Of a stretch of 64,000 nt of DNA, positions 25,689-39,749 are shown in pieces (the first letter of the stretch is position 1; every line of letters begins with the position of its first letter). Below the pieces are notes generated by a model. That model was not told the origin of the DNA. It made no database searches and worked only from the letters and a program-made list of their open reading frames with translations. Source of the stretch: Squalus acanthias (taxonomy: Eukaryota); contig CM059432.1 in assembly GCA_030390025.1 (NCBI GenBank), positions 13,144,001 to 13,208,000 on the forward strand, in the 5' to 3' direction. The position numbers and the translations under genes were made by a program.

Positions 25689-25841
25689 CGGAAACAGTAA
25701 CCGTTGATCCAGGGTCAATAATCCCACTGTTAGGCCGTACACAGTACCGGCGCGGTGCTGTAGTCTTCACTTTGAAGCATACCCTCTTATCTGCTGGGTT
25801 TTTCAATTTGAGGTTTGTAGTTACTACATCTGTAAATGGAC
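25689..25841 (-). CDS. VAPA: VAMP-associated protein (VAPA-like), coding exon 2, MSP domain
   Basis: tgtag acceptor, 153 nt, encodes [56 protein letters not shown] donor. Contains the VAP signature [29 protein letters not shown] resembles VAPA rather than VAPB (IIDAGASINVS), from my recollection of the human proteins. Confidence 0.95.
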
Positions 25842-26084
25842 CTACATATATAGACACAAAAAATGCATTAATAAAAGATCAATTCATACATTCACAGCCA
25901 ATTCATTTTGATTCTGTATTACCATGGGGATACATGTTCCACAACAATTCACACCTTCAACGTTCATATCTATGTAAGGAAAGTCATCAAAGATTAGGGA
26001 GCATCAGGCTTTAAACTCCATTTTGGAATTTCCAGAGCTCTGGAATATAGGTGTGTTATTTCTATAATTTGATTGAAAACATGA

Positions 26085-27310
26085 CAATAACTAGCATTTG
26101 CACAGCACCTTTTAAACAAAGATGTTCCAATGCTCTGCACAGAGGCGCAATTAAGAAAAACTCTTGCTGAGTCAAATTTTTAAAAAGCTTGATTAGGAAG
26201 GGTGTACAAAAAATTGGTCAGAGGTGAGTTTTAAGAAAGGTCTTAAAAGGGGGGAAAGGGAAGTGGAGAGACAGAATGGAATTCCAGAACCTGGTTGCTG
26301 AAGGCACAACCACCGATGGAGAGACATGGGGGGTGGGGGGAGGAATGCACCAGAGGCTGGAGTAAAAGGAACAGAGTATCGGGGTGGAGGAAGATTGTAG
26401 GAGGTTACAAAGAAAGGGAGGAGGAAGGCCATGAAGGGATTTAAATACAATTTTAAATTAGAGATGTTGGGGTACCAGGAGACAATGTAGGTGAGCGAGG
26501 ATGGAGGTGGTGGCCGAACGGGACTTGTACAGGATCGAACATAAGTAGCAGAGTTTGAATAAGCTAAAGTTTACACAGGGTGGAGGATGTGAGGCTAGCC
26601 AGCTTCGGAATCGTCAAGTATGGAGATCACAAGTTATAGATGAGGATTTCAATGGCAGATGGGCTGAGATAGAAGTAGGCAATGTTAGGGGTGGAAGTAG
26701 GGAATCTTTGTGATAGTAATTATATGGGGTTAGAAGACCAGCTCTGGGTCGAACTGTGTGCTGAGGTTGTAAATAGTCTGGCTCAACGCAGGACACCGAA
26801 TAGGGAGGAGGATGGAGTCAGTAGCAAGGGTATGGAGTATATGGCAGGGCCAAACTGGCCAGCTTTGGTATTCCCCTTGTTTATCTGGAGAAAACTGCAA
26901 TTCATAGAAGACTGGATGTCAGACAAGCAAAGAGACAGTGGAGGGATCGAGAGAGGTGGTGGGGAAGTGGAGCTGTGTGTCATTAGCGTACATTGAAAGC
27001 CGACCCCTTGTCTGTGGACTAGGTAACCATGTAGAGGAGGAAAAGTAGGGGGGGGGGGGGGGGGGAGGGGGCAAGAATGCATACTTGGGAGGCTCCAATG
27101 GGGACGATGCAGGTCTGAGTAAGCCATTGTTAGAGATGCTCTGGCTATGGCTACACTACGATAGGCAAGTGTGGAATCAAGCAAAATCAGTCTGACCAAG
27201 CTGAACAATGGAGGGAGTGGCGCTGGAGGAGAATGGTGTAACCATGTCAAAAGCAGCTGAAAGGTTGGGGAAAATGAGAAGGGGTAATGCACTGCAGTCA
27301 GAATCACAGA
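26085..27310 (-). mobile_element. Highly degenerate L2 LINE fragment
   Basis: Similar to the L2 at 28787-30292, with an L2-type 3' end (AAAGGTGCTGTGCAAATGCTAGTTATTG). Confidence 0.7.
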
Positions 27311-27511
27311 AAATATAATTTGTAAAATAAAAGAACTGCCCTTTTCCTCAGTTTCCCTTTTCTCTTTCACCCAGCTTCCTCCCCAAAGAAGCATACAATA
27401 ACATTTTCTGATCAAGAAAATTACTAATTACTGTAGATTTACTAAATTTGCACATCTAAATTATAACATCTATAACCAAGTCAGTGTTATCACTTCAATT
27501 TCAGTAAAGTA

Positions 27512-27866
27512 CAGGAAACTCTTTATTAACCGGCACCCAAATATCCGGAAATCTCTCTTAACCGGCAAAATTCTTGAGTAGGTAACCGGGGTTTTCCTTC
27601 ATCTCTCGTTTAAAATTAACTTTAAAAAAAACCCCGAGGCGTTTGCCTTGTATCGGAGCGTGTAGATTGGGAGGGGAATGTGCAGCCCGGGTAGGCAGCG
27701 GACACGACAGATGGTCAGCTGGCGGTCCCCGGGGAGATGGAGCTCCGAATGCAGGCGCATGTCAATGTGTACGGGGCTCTCGTACGTTGGGAGATATAAC
27801 TCTCCGTTATCCGGACTTTTTGATTAACCGGCACCACGCCGGTCCCGGTTAATAAAGAGTTTCCTG
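27512..27866. mobile_element. Tc1/mariner (pogo/Tigger-like) MITE
   Basis: Perfect 22-bp TIR CAGGAAACTCTTTATTAACCGG, TA TSD on both sides, repeated internal T(T)A(A/T)CCGG motifs. Confidence 0.9.
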
Positions 27867-28786
27867 TATAATGATGAACGTGTGACATGGTCATTTAATG
27901 TCCATTTGAACTATGAAAAATAACAGTAGAATCAGAGAATTTGTCTTTCCAACCACAGGTTGTGTCTGGGGAGAGGATTTTGAGCTGGAAAACTCGAGGA
28001 TGATGTACTGGGGTTGCTACTGGAGGGAGCAGTGCGAGGTGATAATTTAAGGCAGCATAGGGAGCATATTAGCGCAAGTTAATTTTTCATAAATTGTATG
28101 GATACTAATAATCCTAGGGTCAACATTTCAATTACTTATAAAATGACGACTAGAATTTAGCATCTAGTTTGTCAGACTCTAGATTAATATTTGCTGCTGG
28201 GAGGAACACCCACTGCAGTTAACTTAACAAAAAGCTAGAGGTTTCTATTCACAAATTTGAATCATACTAAATTATATACTTCACAATAAAGAGATTCCCT
28301 AGATTAAGATGCATGTGGGGAAGGGGGGACTCTTTTCACAGAGCTCGAAACAAAATATACAATTTACTGTGTTATTTACATTGTTTAATTCAAATATTGC
28401 AAAATTTAATTTTTTAGGCAAAAACAGAACCTTGAATAATCACTAGACTGCATTTACAAATATGCCTGTATAACCTTTCTTCATCTGTTAATAACTTAAA
28501 GGAAACAGACAACATCCCTAAATGCAAAAAGGAATCAATAAACTGCGGCTCTCCAACCAAGCATTCTTCTATAATTATGCACAATACACAAAAATATGCA
28601 AGAAGTCTGTTTCCTTCCACACACTGGTACCAATGCAATGAGACAACAACTGTTTTAAAGGAACAATGAAGTTTACACAATGGAGATGGTAATTGACATT
28701 GAGTCAGCAGTCAATTTTACATGGTATCTAACATTCAGGAACATGGACTATTCTCCCAATTTGGGAATGTAAACTGGAATGAGAAC

Positions 28787-30292
28787 AAACAACAACTTGT
28801 ATTTATATAGCGCCTTTAACACTTCACAGGAGTATTATCAAACAATATTTGACATCCAGCCACATAAGGAGATATTAGGGCAGATGAGGTAGGTTTTAAG
28901 GAGTGTCTTAAAGGAGGAAAGAGAGGTTGAGGGAGGGAATTCCAGAGCTTAGGGCCTCGGCAGCTGAAGGCACGGCCGCCAATGGTGAAGCTATTAAAGT
29001 CGGGGATGCGTAAGAGGCCAGAATTGGAGGAGCACAGATATTTTGGAGGGTTGTAGGGCTGGAGGAGATTACAGAGATGGGGAGGGGCGAGGCCCTGGAG
29101 GGATCTGAAAACAAAAAAATGAGAATTTTAAAATCGAGGCGTTGCGCAACCGGGAGCCAATGTAGGTCAGCGAGCACAGGGGTGATGGGTGAACAGGACT
29201 TGGTGCAAGTTAGATACGGGCAGCAGAGTTTTGGATGAGCTCAAGTTTATGGAGTGTGGAAGATGGGATTCCGGCCAGGAGTGCGTTGGAAGAGTCAAGT
29301 CTAGAGGTAACAAAGGCATGGATGAGGGTTTCAGCAGCAGATAAGCTGAGGCAGTGAAGTTGGGCGATGTTGCGGAGGTGGAAGTAGGCGGTCTTAGTGA
29401 TGGCGCGGATATGTGATTGCAAGCTTACCGCTGGGTCAAATACGACACCAAGGTTGCGAACAGTCTGGTTCAGCCTCAAGACAGTTGCCAGGGAGAGGGA
29501 TGGAGTCGGTGGCTAGGGAACGGAGTTTGCGGCGGGGACTGAAGACAATGACTTCGGTCTTCCCAATATTTAATTGGAAGATCTGCACATCCAGTACTGG
29601 ATGTCGGACAAGCAGTCTGACAATTTAGAGACAGTGGAGGGGCCGAGAAAAGTTGTGGTGATGTAGAACTGGGTGTCGTCAGCGTACATGTGGAACCGGA
29701 CGTGTTTTCGGATGATGTTGCTAAGGAACAGCATGTAGATAAGAAATAGGTGGGGGCCAAGAATAGGTCCTTGGGGGGACTCCAGAGATAACGGAGTAGG
29801 AAGAGAAGCCATTGCAGGTGATTCTCTGGCTACGACTGAATAGATAAGAATGGAACCAGGCGAGTGCAGTCCCACCCAGCTGGACGATGGAGGAGAGGCG
29901 TTGGAGGAGGATGGTGCAGTCAATCAGGTCGAGAAGGGAAAGTTTACCTTTGTCACAGTCACATAGGATGTCATTTGTGACTTTGATAAACGCCGTTTTC
30001 GGTACTGTAGCAGGGGCGGAAACCTGATTGGAGGGATTCAAACATGGGATTTTGGGAAAGATGGGCACAGATTTGGGAGGTGACAGCACATTCAAGGAAT
30101 TTGGAGAGAAAAGGAAGGTTGGAGATGGGGCGATAGTTTGCAAGGGCAGAGGGGTCAAGGGTTGTTTTTTTTTTGAGAGGGGTGATGACAGCAGAAATGA
30201 AGTACCTGAGGAGAGAACACCATTAACAGTAACAGCTAACATGGGGGCCAGCAAGGGTTGTTGGGTGGTCAACAGTTTAGTGGGAATAGGTT
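28787..30292 (-). mobile_element. L2 LINE 3' half (RT)
   Basis: FHMYADDTQFY, VRNLGVVFD, AETLIHAFVTSRLD, LHWLPV.QRLDFKIL. Tail AAAGGCGCTATATAAATACAAGTTGTTG. Confidence 0.9.
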
Positions 30293-32567
30293 CAAATAGA
30301 ATTGCTTACAAAACAGTGGCAAAAACAAATCTGAAATCAAATTTCAACACCAATTCACTTTTATATAGTGACCACAGTGAGTGATGAGAATTTCAAAGAA
30401 GAATCTTTATGTAATTTTAAAGTAGTGCAATGACAATTCCACTCACCTCTTCAAGTCATCTCCTTTCACTTTTCCAATTATGCCAATCATTTTTTAATTT
30501 CAATTCTAACTTTTGCAGGATATTTTAGGATTCATTCTTGCTATTGTTAACATGGAGGGAATATTACCAATTTAAATTCACATGGAAACTAGTGGATTCT
30601 GCAAATAATTTACAGTTGTACACAACTTAATTTCACTATTCAGTAAATGTATGCAATTTTACCATTGCAATAGATTGCGAATTGTGACAGAAAGTGATTA
30701 CAATTTTCAATCCATGATAGTAAGTCCCACTTCAAAAATTAAAGCCAGTAGCCCTAATACAACTCTACCAAATTCAGATTAAATCTTTATACCACTATTA
30801 AAACACTACTTAACTTTAACAATGACTGGAATTTAAATACGACACATACCACTGATTGTTGAACTCCAAGCCAATTACATTTATGAAATATTCTAGGTCT
30901 GCTTGTATTTTTTTTTAAACTGTCTATTGCCACATGCAATTCTGCATTAAATATATTTCTGACGCAGATGACCTGGATACAGAACCAGTTTCTGAAAAAA
31001 CAAGTCTACTTAGACTCTTAAAGCCAAAAAGAATATTTCCATTTGAGGGAACAGCAAAACAAAACAAAAAATAACTTCCAAAAAGCAGTTTAATATTTCA
31101 TAATTTTAGGCAGCACTGAGCAAGTTTTCAAATAAAGTAAGATGCCCCCTCTATTACATGTTGGGCCAATATGGATCAAATCAAGATGGTTGATTGTAAG
31201 GTTAGTAAACAGGTATGTTGTCCTCAAATAGACAAATAAGCATTTTGAAATCAGACACTGTACTTAATGTTGACCCACTAATGTGAATACAAATATATAC
31301 CAGTGAATTGCATGTGGCCTTGCTCATACTTAGCTGGAGGAAACAGTTGTTTATTGCAACAGGTTGAGCGAAGTTGCAACCCATGCCTGGAACAAGCAAT
31401 AACCAGCATTCTTGAATACTTTTTTTTTTAAATAAATGTCAACACCACCTCTGAAGTTACATCATTTGAAGACCCAACCATTTAAAAATATGGGTGTTAA
31501 AATGCTACTGGCTACATTTTATTAGTACCCTTGATTTGTGCAGAAGGAGAAAGCGTCGCCAAAAAACTACAGCCTTGAACTTCAAGCCATCTCCAAAGAA
31601 CAAGTTTTATTCTCACATTTCCATTATAATTTTACACTGCAGGCTTGCAAATATAAATTTCAAACCCCAACTGCAGGCAAATTTGAAATATTTTAAAATA
31701 GGCTAAAAAAAATTGTTAACTACACTAGAGTCATAGCTGCGGCTATGAAGAATCAACTTGCAATTGAAAATATAAGTTTCTTTCACCTTCATCTTTTGCT
31801 ATTTCAACAGAATTGATAGAGTATGTTTTACTTTTTCTTCCCAAGTACAGTACTTAACACTTATCTGCACTAAAATTCATCTACATTACTCTGCCCACTC
31901 ACATATTTTATCCAATTCATTCAGTAATTTTGAATTCCCTCCTCAGATTACAATGCCCCTTCTGGTTTAATGTCATCTGAAAATTTGACCACATTACATT
32001 CAGTTTCTGAATCCATGTCATTTATATAATTTAGAAATAGTGGACTCAACACCAAGCCCTGAGGCACCCTACTCAATAGCTTGTCCAGTCATGACACAAC
32101 ATCTCTAATGAATGCTCTGTTTCTTACCTTTCTTTCCCATTCCCTGATTTATCCTTTACCCTTTCGTGTGGAACTTGCCAAATACCTACTGGAAGCATAG
32201 CTACACCACACTATAGGGCTTTCTATCCTATACTTGGGTTGTCACTTGCATCTCAAATGTGTTTTTTGCATTTGAACACAACATTGTGGGCAACACACAC
32301 ACACTCACTGTGCAAAGATCCACCATGAAATTGCAATAGCTGTTATGAATGTCACATAAAATTGCAGGTTTCAGTTCCTAGGAGATGCAATTATTATGTA
32401 AAAGTCTTTTTGCTGTAAACACAAATAGCTGAGTTGTGAAGAGAGCCTGAACAGTAACAAGTACTGTATGTATTTGTTCTTCTTGTCTTAAAACCATTTT
32501 GCAGCCATTTAAATTTGTTATAAAAGGCAAATTTTGCTCCTTATTACTCAATTAATTTTTGTGGGGT

Positions 32568-33328
32568 TTTTTAATACATTCATGGGATGTGGGCGTCGCT
32601 GGCAAAGCTAGCATTTATTGCCCATCCCTAAAGAAGGTGGTGGTGAGCCGCCTTCTTGAACTGCTGCAGTCCGTGAGGTGAAGGTACACCCACAGTGCTG
32701 TTAGGGAGGGATGTTTACCCAGCAACGATGAAGAAACAGTGATATATTTCCAAGTTAGGATGGCGTATGACTTGGAGAGGAACTTAGAGGTGATGGTGTT
32801 CCCATGCACCTGCTGCCCTTGTTCTTCTTGGGGGTAAAGTCATGGGTTTGGGAGGTGCTGTGAAAGACTTGCTGAATTGCTGCAGTGCATTTTGTAGATG
32901 GTACAAACTGTAGCCACGTTGCGCCGGTGGTGGAGGGAGTGAATGTTTAAGGTGGTGGATGGGGCGCCAATCAAGCAGACTGCTTTGACCTGAATGGGGT
33001 CGAGCTTCTTGAGTGTTGTTGCACTCATCCAGGCAAGTGGAGACTATTCCATCACACTCCTGACTTGTGCCTTGTATGTGGTGGAAAGGCTTTGAGGAGT
33101 CAGGAGGTAAGTCACTCGTGGCAGAATACCCAGCCTCTGACCTGCTCTTATAGTTACAGTATTTATGTGGCTGATCCAGTTAAGTTTCTAGTCAATGGTG
33201 ACCCCCAGGATGTTGATGGTGGGAGACTAGATGATGGTAATGACATTGAATGTCAAGGGAAGGTGGTTAGAGACTCTCATGTTGACGATGGTCATTGTAT
33301 GACACTTGTGTGGCACGAGTGTTACTTC
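32568..33328 (-). mobile_element. 3' fragment of the same CR1-group LINE family as 21722-24759
   Basis: TTLNIHSLHHRR.VA.VCTIYKMHCSNS, with the shared 3' end. Confidence 0.88.
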
Positions 33329-33622
33329 TGCTGAACTGGTCATTGATTAAATATTACCCAAGGGGATTTTCCCCACACTGTTGAATCTCCAACACTTGTA
33401 TGATGGGAGCAGAGCCCTGTTTTGCTCATCAGATGTTTTTTCTTCACATGTGATCGACACATGGAATGGGCTCTTGGAGATAGTGGATGTTAACAGTCTA
33501 GGATTATTTAAGAAACATTTAGATACTGCAAAAAAACAGGGGCTAAAAAAAGAGGGCTGTAGTCATTTTGAATGGATGAACTAAGATAGGCAGAGTAGCC
33601 TCTCTCATCTGTGTCATGTGTG

Positions 33623-34054
33623 TGTCAGCCGTGGCTCAGTTGGTAGCATCCTTCCTCGGAGTCAGAAGGTTGTGGGTTCAAGTTGATACTCCAGTGCAGT
33701 ACTGAAGGAGTGCTGCACTGTCGGAGGAACCGTCTTTCAGATGAGACGTTAAACCGAGGCCCCGTCTGCTCTCTCAGGTGGAAGGAAAAGATCCCATGGC
33801 ACTATTTCAAAGAAGAGCAGGGGAGTTATCCCTGGTGTCGTGGCCAATGATGCCTCAATCAACATCACAAAAAAGATTATCTGGTCATTATCACATTGCT
33901 GTTTGTGGGAGCTTGCTGTGTGCAAATTGGCTGCCGCGTTTCCTACATTACAACAGTGACTACACTTCAAAAAGTACTTCATTGGCTGTAAAGTGCTTGG
34001 AGACGTCCGGTGGTCGTGAAAGGCGCTATATAAATGAAAGTCTTTCTTTTCTTT
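33623..34054 (+). mobile_element. Deu-domain SINE (SacSINE1/AmnSINE1-related) with L2-type tail
   Basis: A box TGGCTCAGTTGG, B box GGTTCAAGT, Deu-like core GATGAGACGTTAAACCGAGGCCCCGTCTGC...AAAGATCCCATGGCAC, tail AAAGGCGCTATATAAATG. Tail-only fragments at ~12535-12660, 15525-15625, 50430-50570 and 63255-63320. Confidence 0.82.
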
Positions 34055-36399
34055 TAACAAGTGCTCATTGCCGCCTACCCTTCAAAAGAAATCATATCCC
34101 AAAAAAATTATCGTTTAAACTAAATAAAATGCTGCTGGGTGGGGATTATTTTTCATTTCCCCACTGCTTAGTTATTTGTAAATTTTCTGCCTGTTTTTGT
34201 ATCCCCAATTTCCTTCGCCCCTCCATTGGCGGCCATGCCTTCATGCCTATGCTCTGGAATTCATTATGCATTTCACATATGCAGAATTTCTCCACAAGCA
34301 CTGAAACTCCCTAGCTCTTTTGTACCTGGTTGTCATGCAAAGTAGGTTATTGTGGTGCACTCTGTGCATTATAGTTTAAACTTGCTCCTGTGAAACTACA
34401 ACTCTCATGATACCCAGGTCCACATCCAACTTCATCAGCTCTGCCCTTGCTTCACTCCCACCAAGACCCTTATCCCGATTATTGCTCTAATGTCCTCCTT
34501 GCAGTCCTCCCAAGCTCCGCCCTACGTAAGCTTCAACTAGAACAAAACTCTGTCACTTGCATCTCGATCCACACTAAGTCTTACTTGGATCATCATCCTC
34601 AAGCTCATTGGTATATTGAGGGACTGGGAGCTGGTGAATGCCAAATTCAAAATCCTCATCCTAGTTTATAAATCAGTCCATGGCTTCGCCACTTCCCAAC
34701 TCCAATCTCCTCTAGCCCTACACCCCAGTCGACAGATTCCAGTCTGCCTTCAGTTCACCCTTGGTACTCCTTCCCTAAACCCCTGCATCTTGATAATTCT
34801 GCCTATGATTTCAAAAGCCTCCTCAAAATCTATTGTTTTGAGGATGCTTTTGGTCAGCTCAGATCTCTTCTGTGAAACACCTTAGAATGTTTTACTACAT
34901 AAAAAGCACTGTATAATTGTGATGTGAAGACTTCCAGTGACATCATGAGAAGTACAGAAAATTAGGAACAAGCGCCAATCGTTACTGAAGTGTCATCTAA
35001 AATTCCTACCACTACCAGGAATGAACAATGTCAAACAGTGGCCCAGAAGAAAGCAGCCAAAGCAGAATGGAGACCAGGACACAAAAATTAGAGTCTTCTC
35101 GCTTTCTCTCCTCCTTCTTGCCATGCTTTATTTTGCAATAAAAGGCAGAAATCTAGGCCTGGATTCAGGACCCAGACTCAAAAAGATTTCTGCTCAACTC
35201 CTGGTCAGAATATCACTGCCAAAAAATTCAACACCCAATAGTAAGCAGCTGGCAGGATCAGCAACTGGAGCAACAGCTGTCATTAAGCATGAAATCGTGA
35301 GACACACTATAGTGGGAAGCACCCCCAAGAGGGCCACAGCCACCAATGCAGAGATCCATTGTCCTCTTGCCAAAAGTTCTCCTCCACGCACTCCAGCCTC
35401 ACTAGCTATTTTGGAGGATTAGGATTTCACATCCCGGCTAAGCCTTCCGTAGTCTGCCCCGTGAAACAGCTCCAGGCTGTTACTCTCATCTTCAGCAGCT
35501 ACTAAAAGTACTCGTTCCCCTCCTAGAAGGTCCAATATAGATACAGTACACACAAAGGACACATCATGCACAGATATGCTTAGATGCAAACTCCCCCTCC
35601 CACCAACTCTTCAGGGCAGGTCTATTAGGATAACCATAAATGCATCTGTCATGCCATGACATGATGGCTCCTGCCACCCCTCCAAGGAAATGCACCTAGG
35701 ATTCAAAACACACCTCAGCACATTTAAAATAACAGAAAACGCTGGAAAAACTCAGCAGGCCAGGCAGCATCCGTGGAGAGAGCCTGCTGAGTTTTTTTTC
35801 CAGCGTTTTCTGTTGTTATTTCGGATTTCCAGCATCCGCAGTATTTTGCTATCGTATCAGCAAATTTAAAATGCTTTATCCCAAACTCAAAAACCAGGCC
35901 AATGATTCCCCCACCCCCCTTTGTTTTCCTGCAAGACAGAGGATGTCTCCCATAACCCACCCCACCTCAAATTAGCAACAATCCAGTGAACAGAAAGCGA
36001 GGCATAAGCAGAACCCCACCATTTGCAGGCTTGCATAGATCTCACTCCTGACACATGAAGCTGCATCTCTGCTGTGGCATAACCCAATAAACATTTGGAC
36101 AACGAGTAGTGCACAGCCTGTGCATGGAGCTACCCAACCATATTTATGACACACATTGTCTGCTCCTAGAAGTTTTGTGCAGCCTATAATACACCAGTAA
36201 CTCTATCAAATAAGAACTTTTGTGGGGAAAAAAATGCTAATTGTTGCTGCACCGCAACCAGAAAGAATTTGTTCACAGCAGTCGGAAATTCTCAACACCA
36301 GGTCAAATTTCGAACCGAAGCCCCACATTCCAGACAGAAAGGTAGGCCTGTATGGGAAAAACGTTTTACAGGCACTAGCAATAGTTTACTGCACAGAAG

Positions 36400-38240
36400 G
36401 AGGCCTTTCATCCCATTGTAAACAAAGCAGCTCTTTGCTAGAGCAATCCAAAATTAATTTTCTCCTAAAAGATGCAATGGGCTCTGCCTCAGCCAACATC
36501 TGTGACAAAGCATCCCATGCTCCAACAAGCCTCTGCATAGAGAAATCTATCAACTTGGTGATCATTTTAAATTGATGACTCCGTCAGTCTCCCAAACCAG
36601 AGGATATATTCTTTCCCCACACACTATCAAAAACTCCTAATTTTAAAAATCCAATATCCTCAGCCTACTCTGCTCCAGTGGAAATAATCCCAGTACCTCA
36701 AGTCTCTCATCATAGCTTCCCTTCCCTGGCAGTATCCTGGTGAATCTACACTGTATAGTCTCCACGGCTTTAATATCCTTTTTATAAATGGACACCCAAA
36801 ACTGTACTCAGTATCCTAACTGTGACCTAACCAATGTTTAGTATATATTCATCATTACTTCTTCACTCTTGGACTTCATGCCCCTTTTAAAAAACCCAAA
36901 ATACTACAGGTCTTCTTCTGATTGATCTACCTACACTCACACTTTCAGGGAATTATGTATTTGAACTCTTTGGTCTCTGTTCAGCCAGACCATTTGGTGC
37001 TTTTGCGTTAAGTGTTAACTCATTCTTCATCCTCCTGAAATTTAATACCTCAGGTTATCCAGATTAAATTGTATTTATCTGCCGCTTCCACTAACCCATC
37101 TACGACTCGCTGGCCATTTGCTAAAACCTACTTTTGCATGGTCAGCAAATTTAGCAATTTTGGATTGTGCCCAAATCGGAGTGCAATCCCAGTGCTATGC
37201 ACGTTGCATACACCGAATGAGGCTAGCAGCGGGACCACAACAAATTGGTCCGCTGGTCTCATTTGTTTATCAATTGCACCCTCAGTGGGGGAGTGAATGT
37301 GACCGGCACAGTGACCGGCCGAGGTTCTCAGCAGAATCTGAGAGGGGGTTGAACCAATTGGGTGAAGCACAAGCAGTGGCCGGCAGCAGCTCATGGATTT
37401 AATGTGGACCCTGGAGGAGGACACCTGCTCCCCTCAACTCCACAATAAGATAAGTAAAAAAAATTCAAACTTACCTTTCAGGTGGCAGCCTCCTGTGGTC
37501 ACTTTAAGGACAGCTGGTTTGGCTGCTAAGCATCTGAAGCAATTGACCACAACATACGTTGCACGCTGTGGTCATTCGCAATCCAATTCCGCACATCATA
37601 GAATCATACAGCACAGGAGGCCATTTGGCCCATCATGCCTGTACCAACTCCTTAAAGGAGCTATCCAATTAGTTCCACTCCACTGCTCTATCCCCATAGC
37701 CCTACAAATTTTTCCTTTTCAGGTATATATCCAATTCCTTATTGAAAGTTACGATTGAATCTGTTTTTACCACCATTTCAGGCAGTGCATTTCAGATCAT
37801 AACTCCATGTAAAAAAAATCTCTACATCTCCCCTCTGGTCCTTTTGCCAATTATCTGAAATCTGTGTCCCCTGGTTACTGACTGTCTTGCCAGTGGAAAG
37901 TTTCTGTCAAAACCCTTTCTAATTTTGAACACCTCTATTAAATCTTCCATTAACCTTCCCTGCATCCAAGGATAACAATCTCAGCTTCTCTAGTCTCTCC
38001 ACATAACTCCCTCATCTCAGATACCATTCTAGTAAATCCCTACACCCTCTCCAATGCCTCGATATCCTTCCTAAAGTGTGGTGCCAAGAACTGGACAAAA
38101 TTCTCCAGCTGAGGCCTAACCAGCGATTTATAAGGATTGAGCATAACTTCCGTACTTTTGTACTATTATGCCTCTTTATAAAGCCAAGGATCCTGTATGA
38201 TTCTTAAACAGCCTTATCAACTGTACGTGCCACCTTCAAA
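36400..38240 (-). mobile_element. Two decayed CR1 3' fragments (~36400-37080 and ~37596-38240) around an old GC-rich repeat
   Basis: CR1 C-terminal nucleotide motifs and CATAGAATCATA tail at ~37597. Confidence 0.7.
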
Positions 38241-38460
38241 CAGGCGTTAGGCCTTTTGCATAAGCACGTTTCAGGTGCGCGTCCTGGACGCTTATGTAAG
38301 AGCCCTAACCAATATAGTGGGCAGCACACCATATTGGACCCTTAGGCACCCATTTTGCGTCTGTAAAACTAGTGCAGCATGATCCAATGATATTTGGTAC
38401 GTCTGATGGAGCTATCAGACAACTATATTGCTACATTATAGTGTTCCAGGAAAAAAAAAA

Positions 38461-38806
38461 TTATTTTCTTTCGAGGTGTGGGCAAGGCTGCCATTTAATG
38501 TCCATCCCCAACAACGGAGCGGCTTGCTAGGACACTTCAGAGAGCAATTAAAGAGTCAACCGCACTGGTATAGAAATGGAGTCACATATGGGCCAGACTG
38601 GGTAAGAACGGCAGATTTCCTTCCCTAAAGTAACAATCAATCAGTTCGCGTCATGACCACTTTTTACTGCTACTAGCTTATTTGCAGATTTCTTTTTAAA
38701 CTGAATTCAAATTCTCAAACCGCCATGGTGGGATTTGAACTCTGGATTACAACTGCAAGCCTCTGGATTATTAGTCCAATAAAATAACCACTACACTACC
38801 ATATCC
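38461..38806 (-). mobile_element. tRNA-derived SINE, same family as 18716-19091
   Basis: GGTAGTGTAGTGG A box, GAGTTCAAATCCC B box, same body blocks. Confidence 0.78.
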
Positions 38807-39749
38807 ATTAACTGGCATATCAACTTATTTTAAGACTCTGAAATATCCTGCCCATGATTTCCTTGGCAAAATAAACAGAATTATAAGCATTCGCCCCATT
38901 AAACAGCCACTGAAAATATTAGCCTATTTACATGAAAAAGTATCTTGCTATAATTATCCTCAATAGATTTCAGATTTAACATTGAATCGTGTTTATGCAT
39001 AATAAAAAGTTTATGGATATAGTTTGGCAAGCAAAATGGTAGATAACTGCTACCAACTAAAGCAAATTCTTAATCTAATTAAGCAGTTTTAATGCTTGCA
39101 CTGCCCAATTTTTGCAAACATATTAAATATATTTATTTGTACAAACACCTGACTTCAGTTGGGAGGAGGGCGAGGTGAGAAGAGAAGGCAGTTCAGGAGG
39201 CAGAGATAAAGTAACTCAAACATTTTACATATATTTGAAAATGCTCTTAAAAATCTGGATTCAATTTCCTTACAAATCTTAGCAATATATTTCCACTCAG
39301 CAATCACTATAATTGGGAGCTACAACAGTTTCTATTCCAACTAAATTCGCCATTTGTAATAAAACAGAATATATCTGAACAAAACTGCATTATGTAGTGT
39401 AAATATCCATTGATTTGGTTAAATCAAGGCCAGAACTTAAAGTATCCAATACAGTTCTACAATTATGCCTCTGTTCATTTTCTTCCATCCACAAAGTGAG
39501 GGCACAGTTAGCAACTGTGTTAGAAATATTGCTAGCTATTTTCTCCTTGCAGAGGATTGCAAACTCGAAGATGTAACCCCAATTTAACAACCAAAGTTTA
39601 AGCATGAACTTTTGACAGTTGGTCTGTAGCATTTATCCGAGATAAGTGCATACTGTTTATTTTGGGAGGGATGGGAAAGAGAGAAAGAGGATGAATAAAA
39701 TCCTTCAATCGGGCAATTTTCAATTACGAATAGTGCTACCTCTGATAAT

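Noticed and set aside
25663..25857. 64-aa ORF as a stand-alone small gene
   Set aside because: It is VAPA exon 2 with intronic read-through at both ends. Canonical splice sites delimit 25689-25841.
27048..27071. Long G run (G-quadruplex candidate)
   Set aside because: Homopolymer expansion inside a decayed L2, length possibly unreliable, no sign of function.
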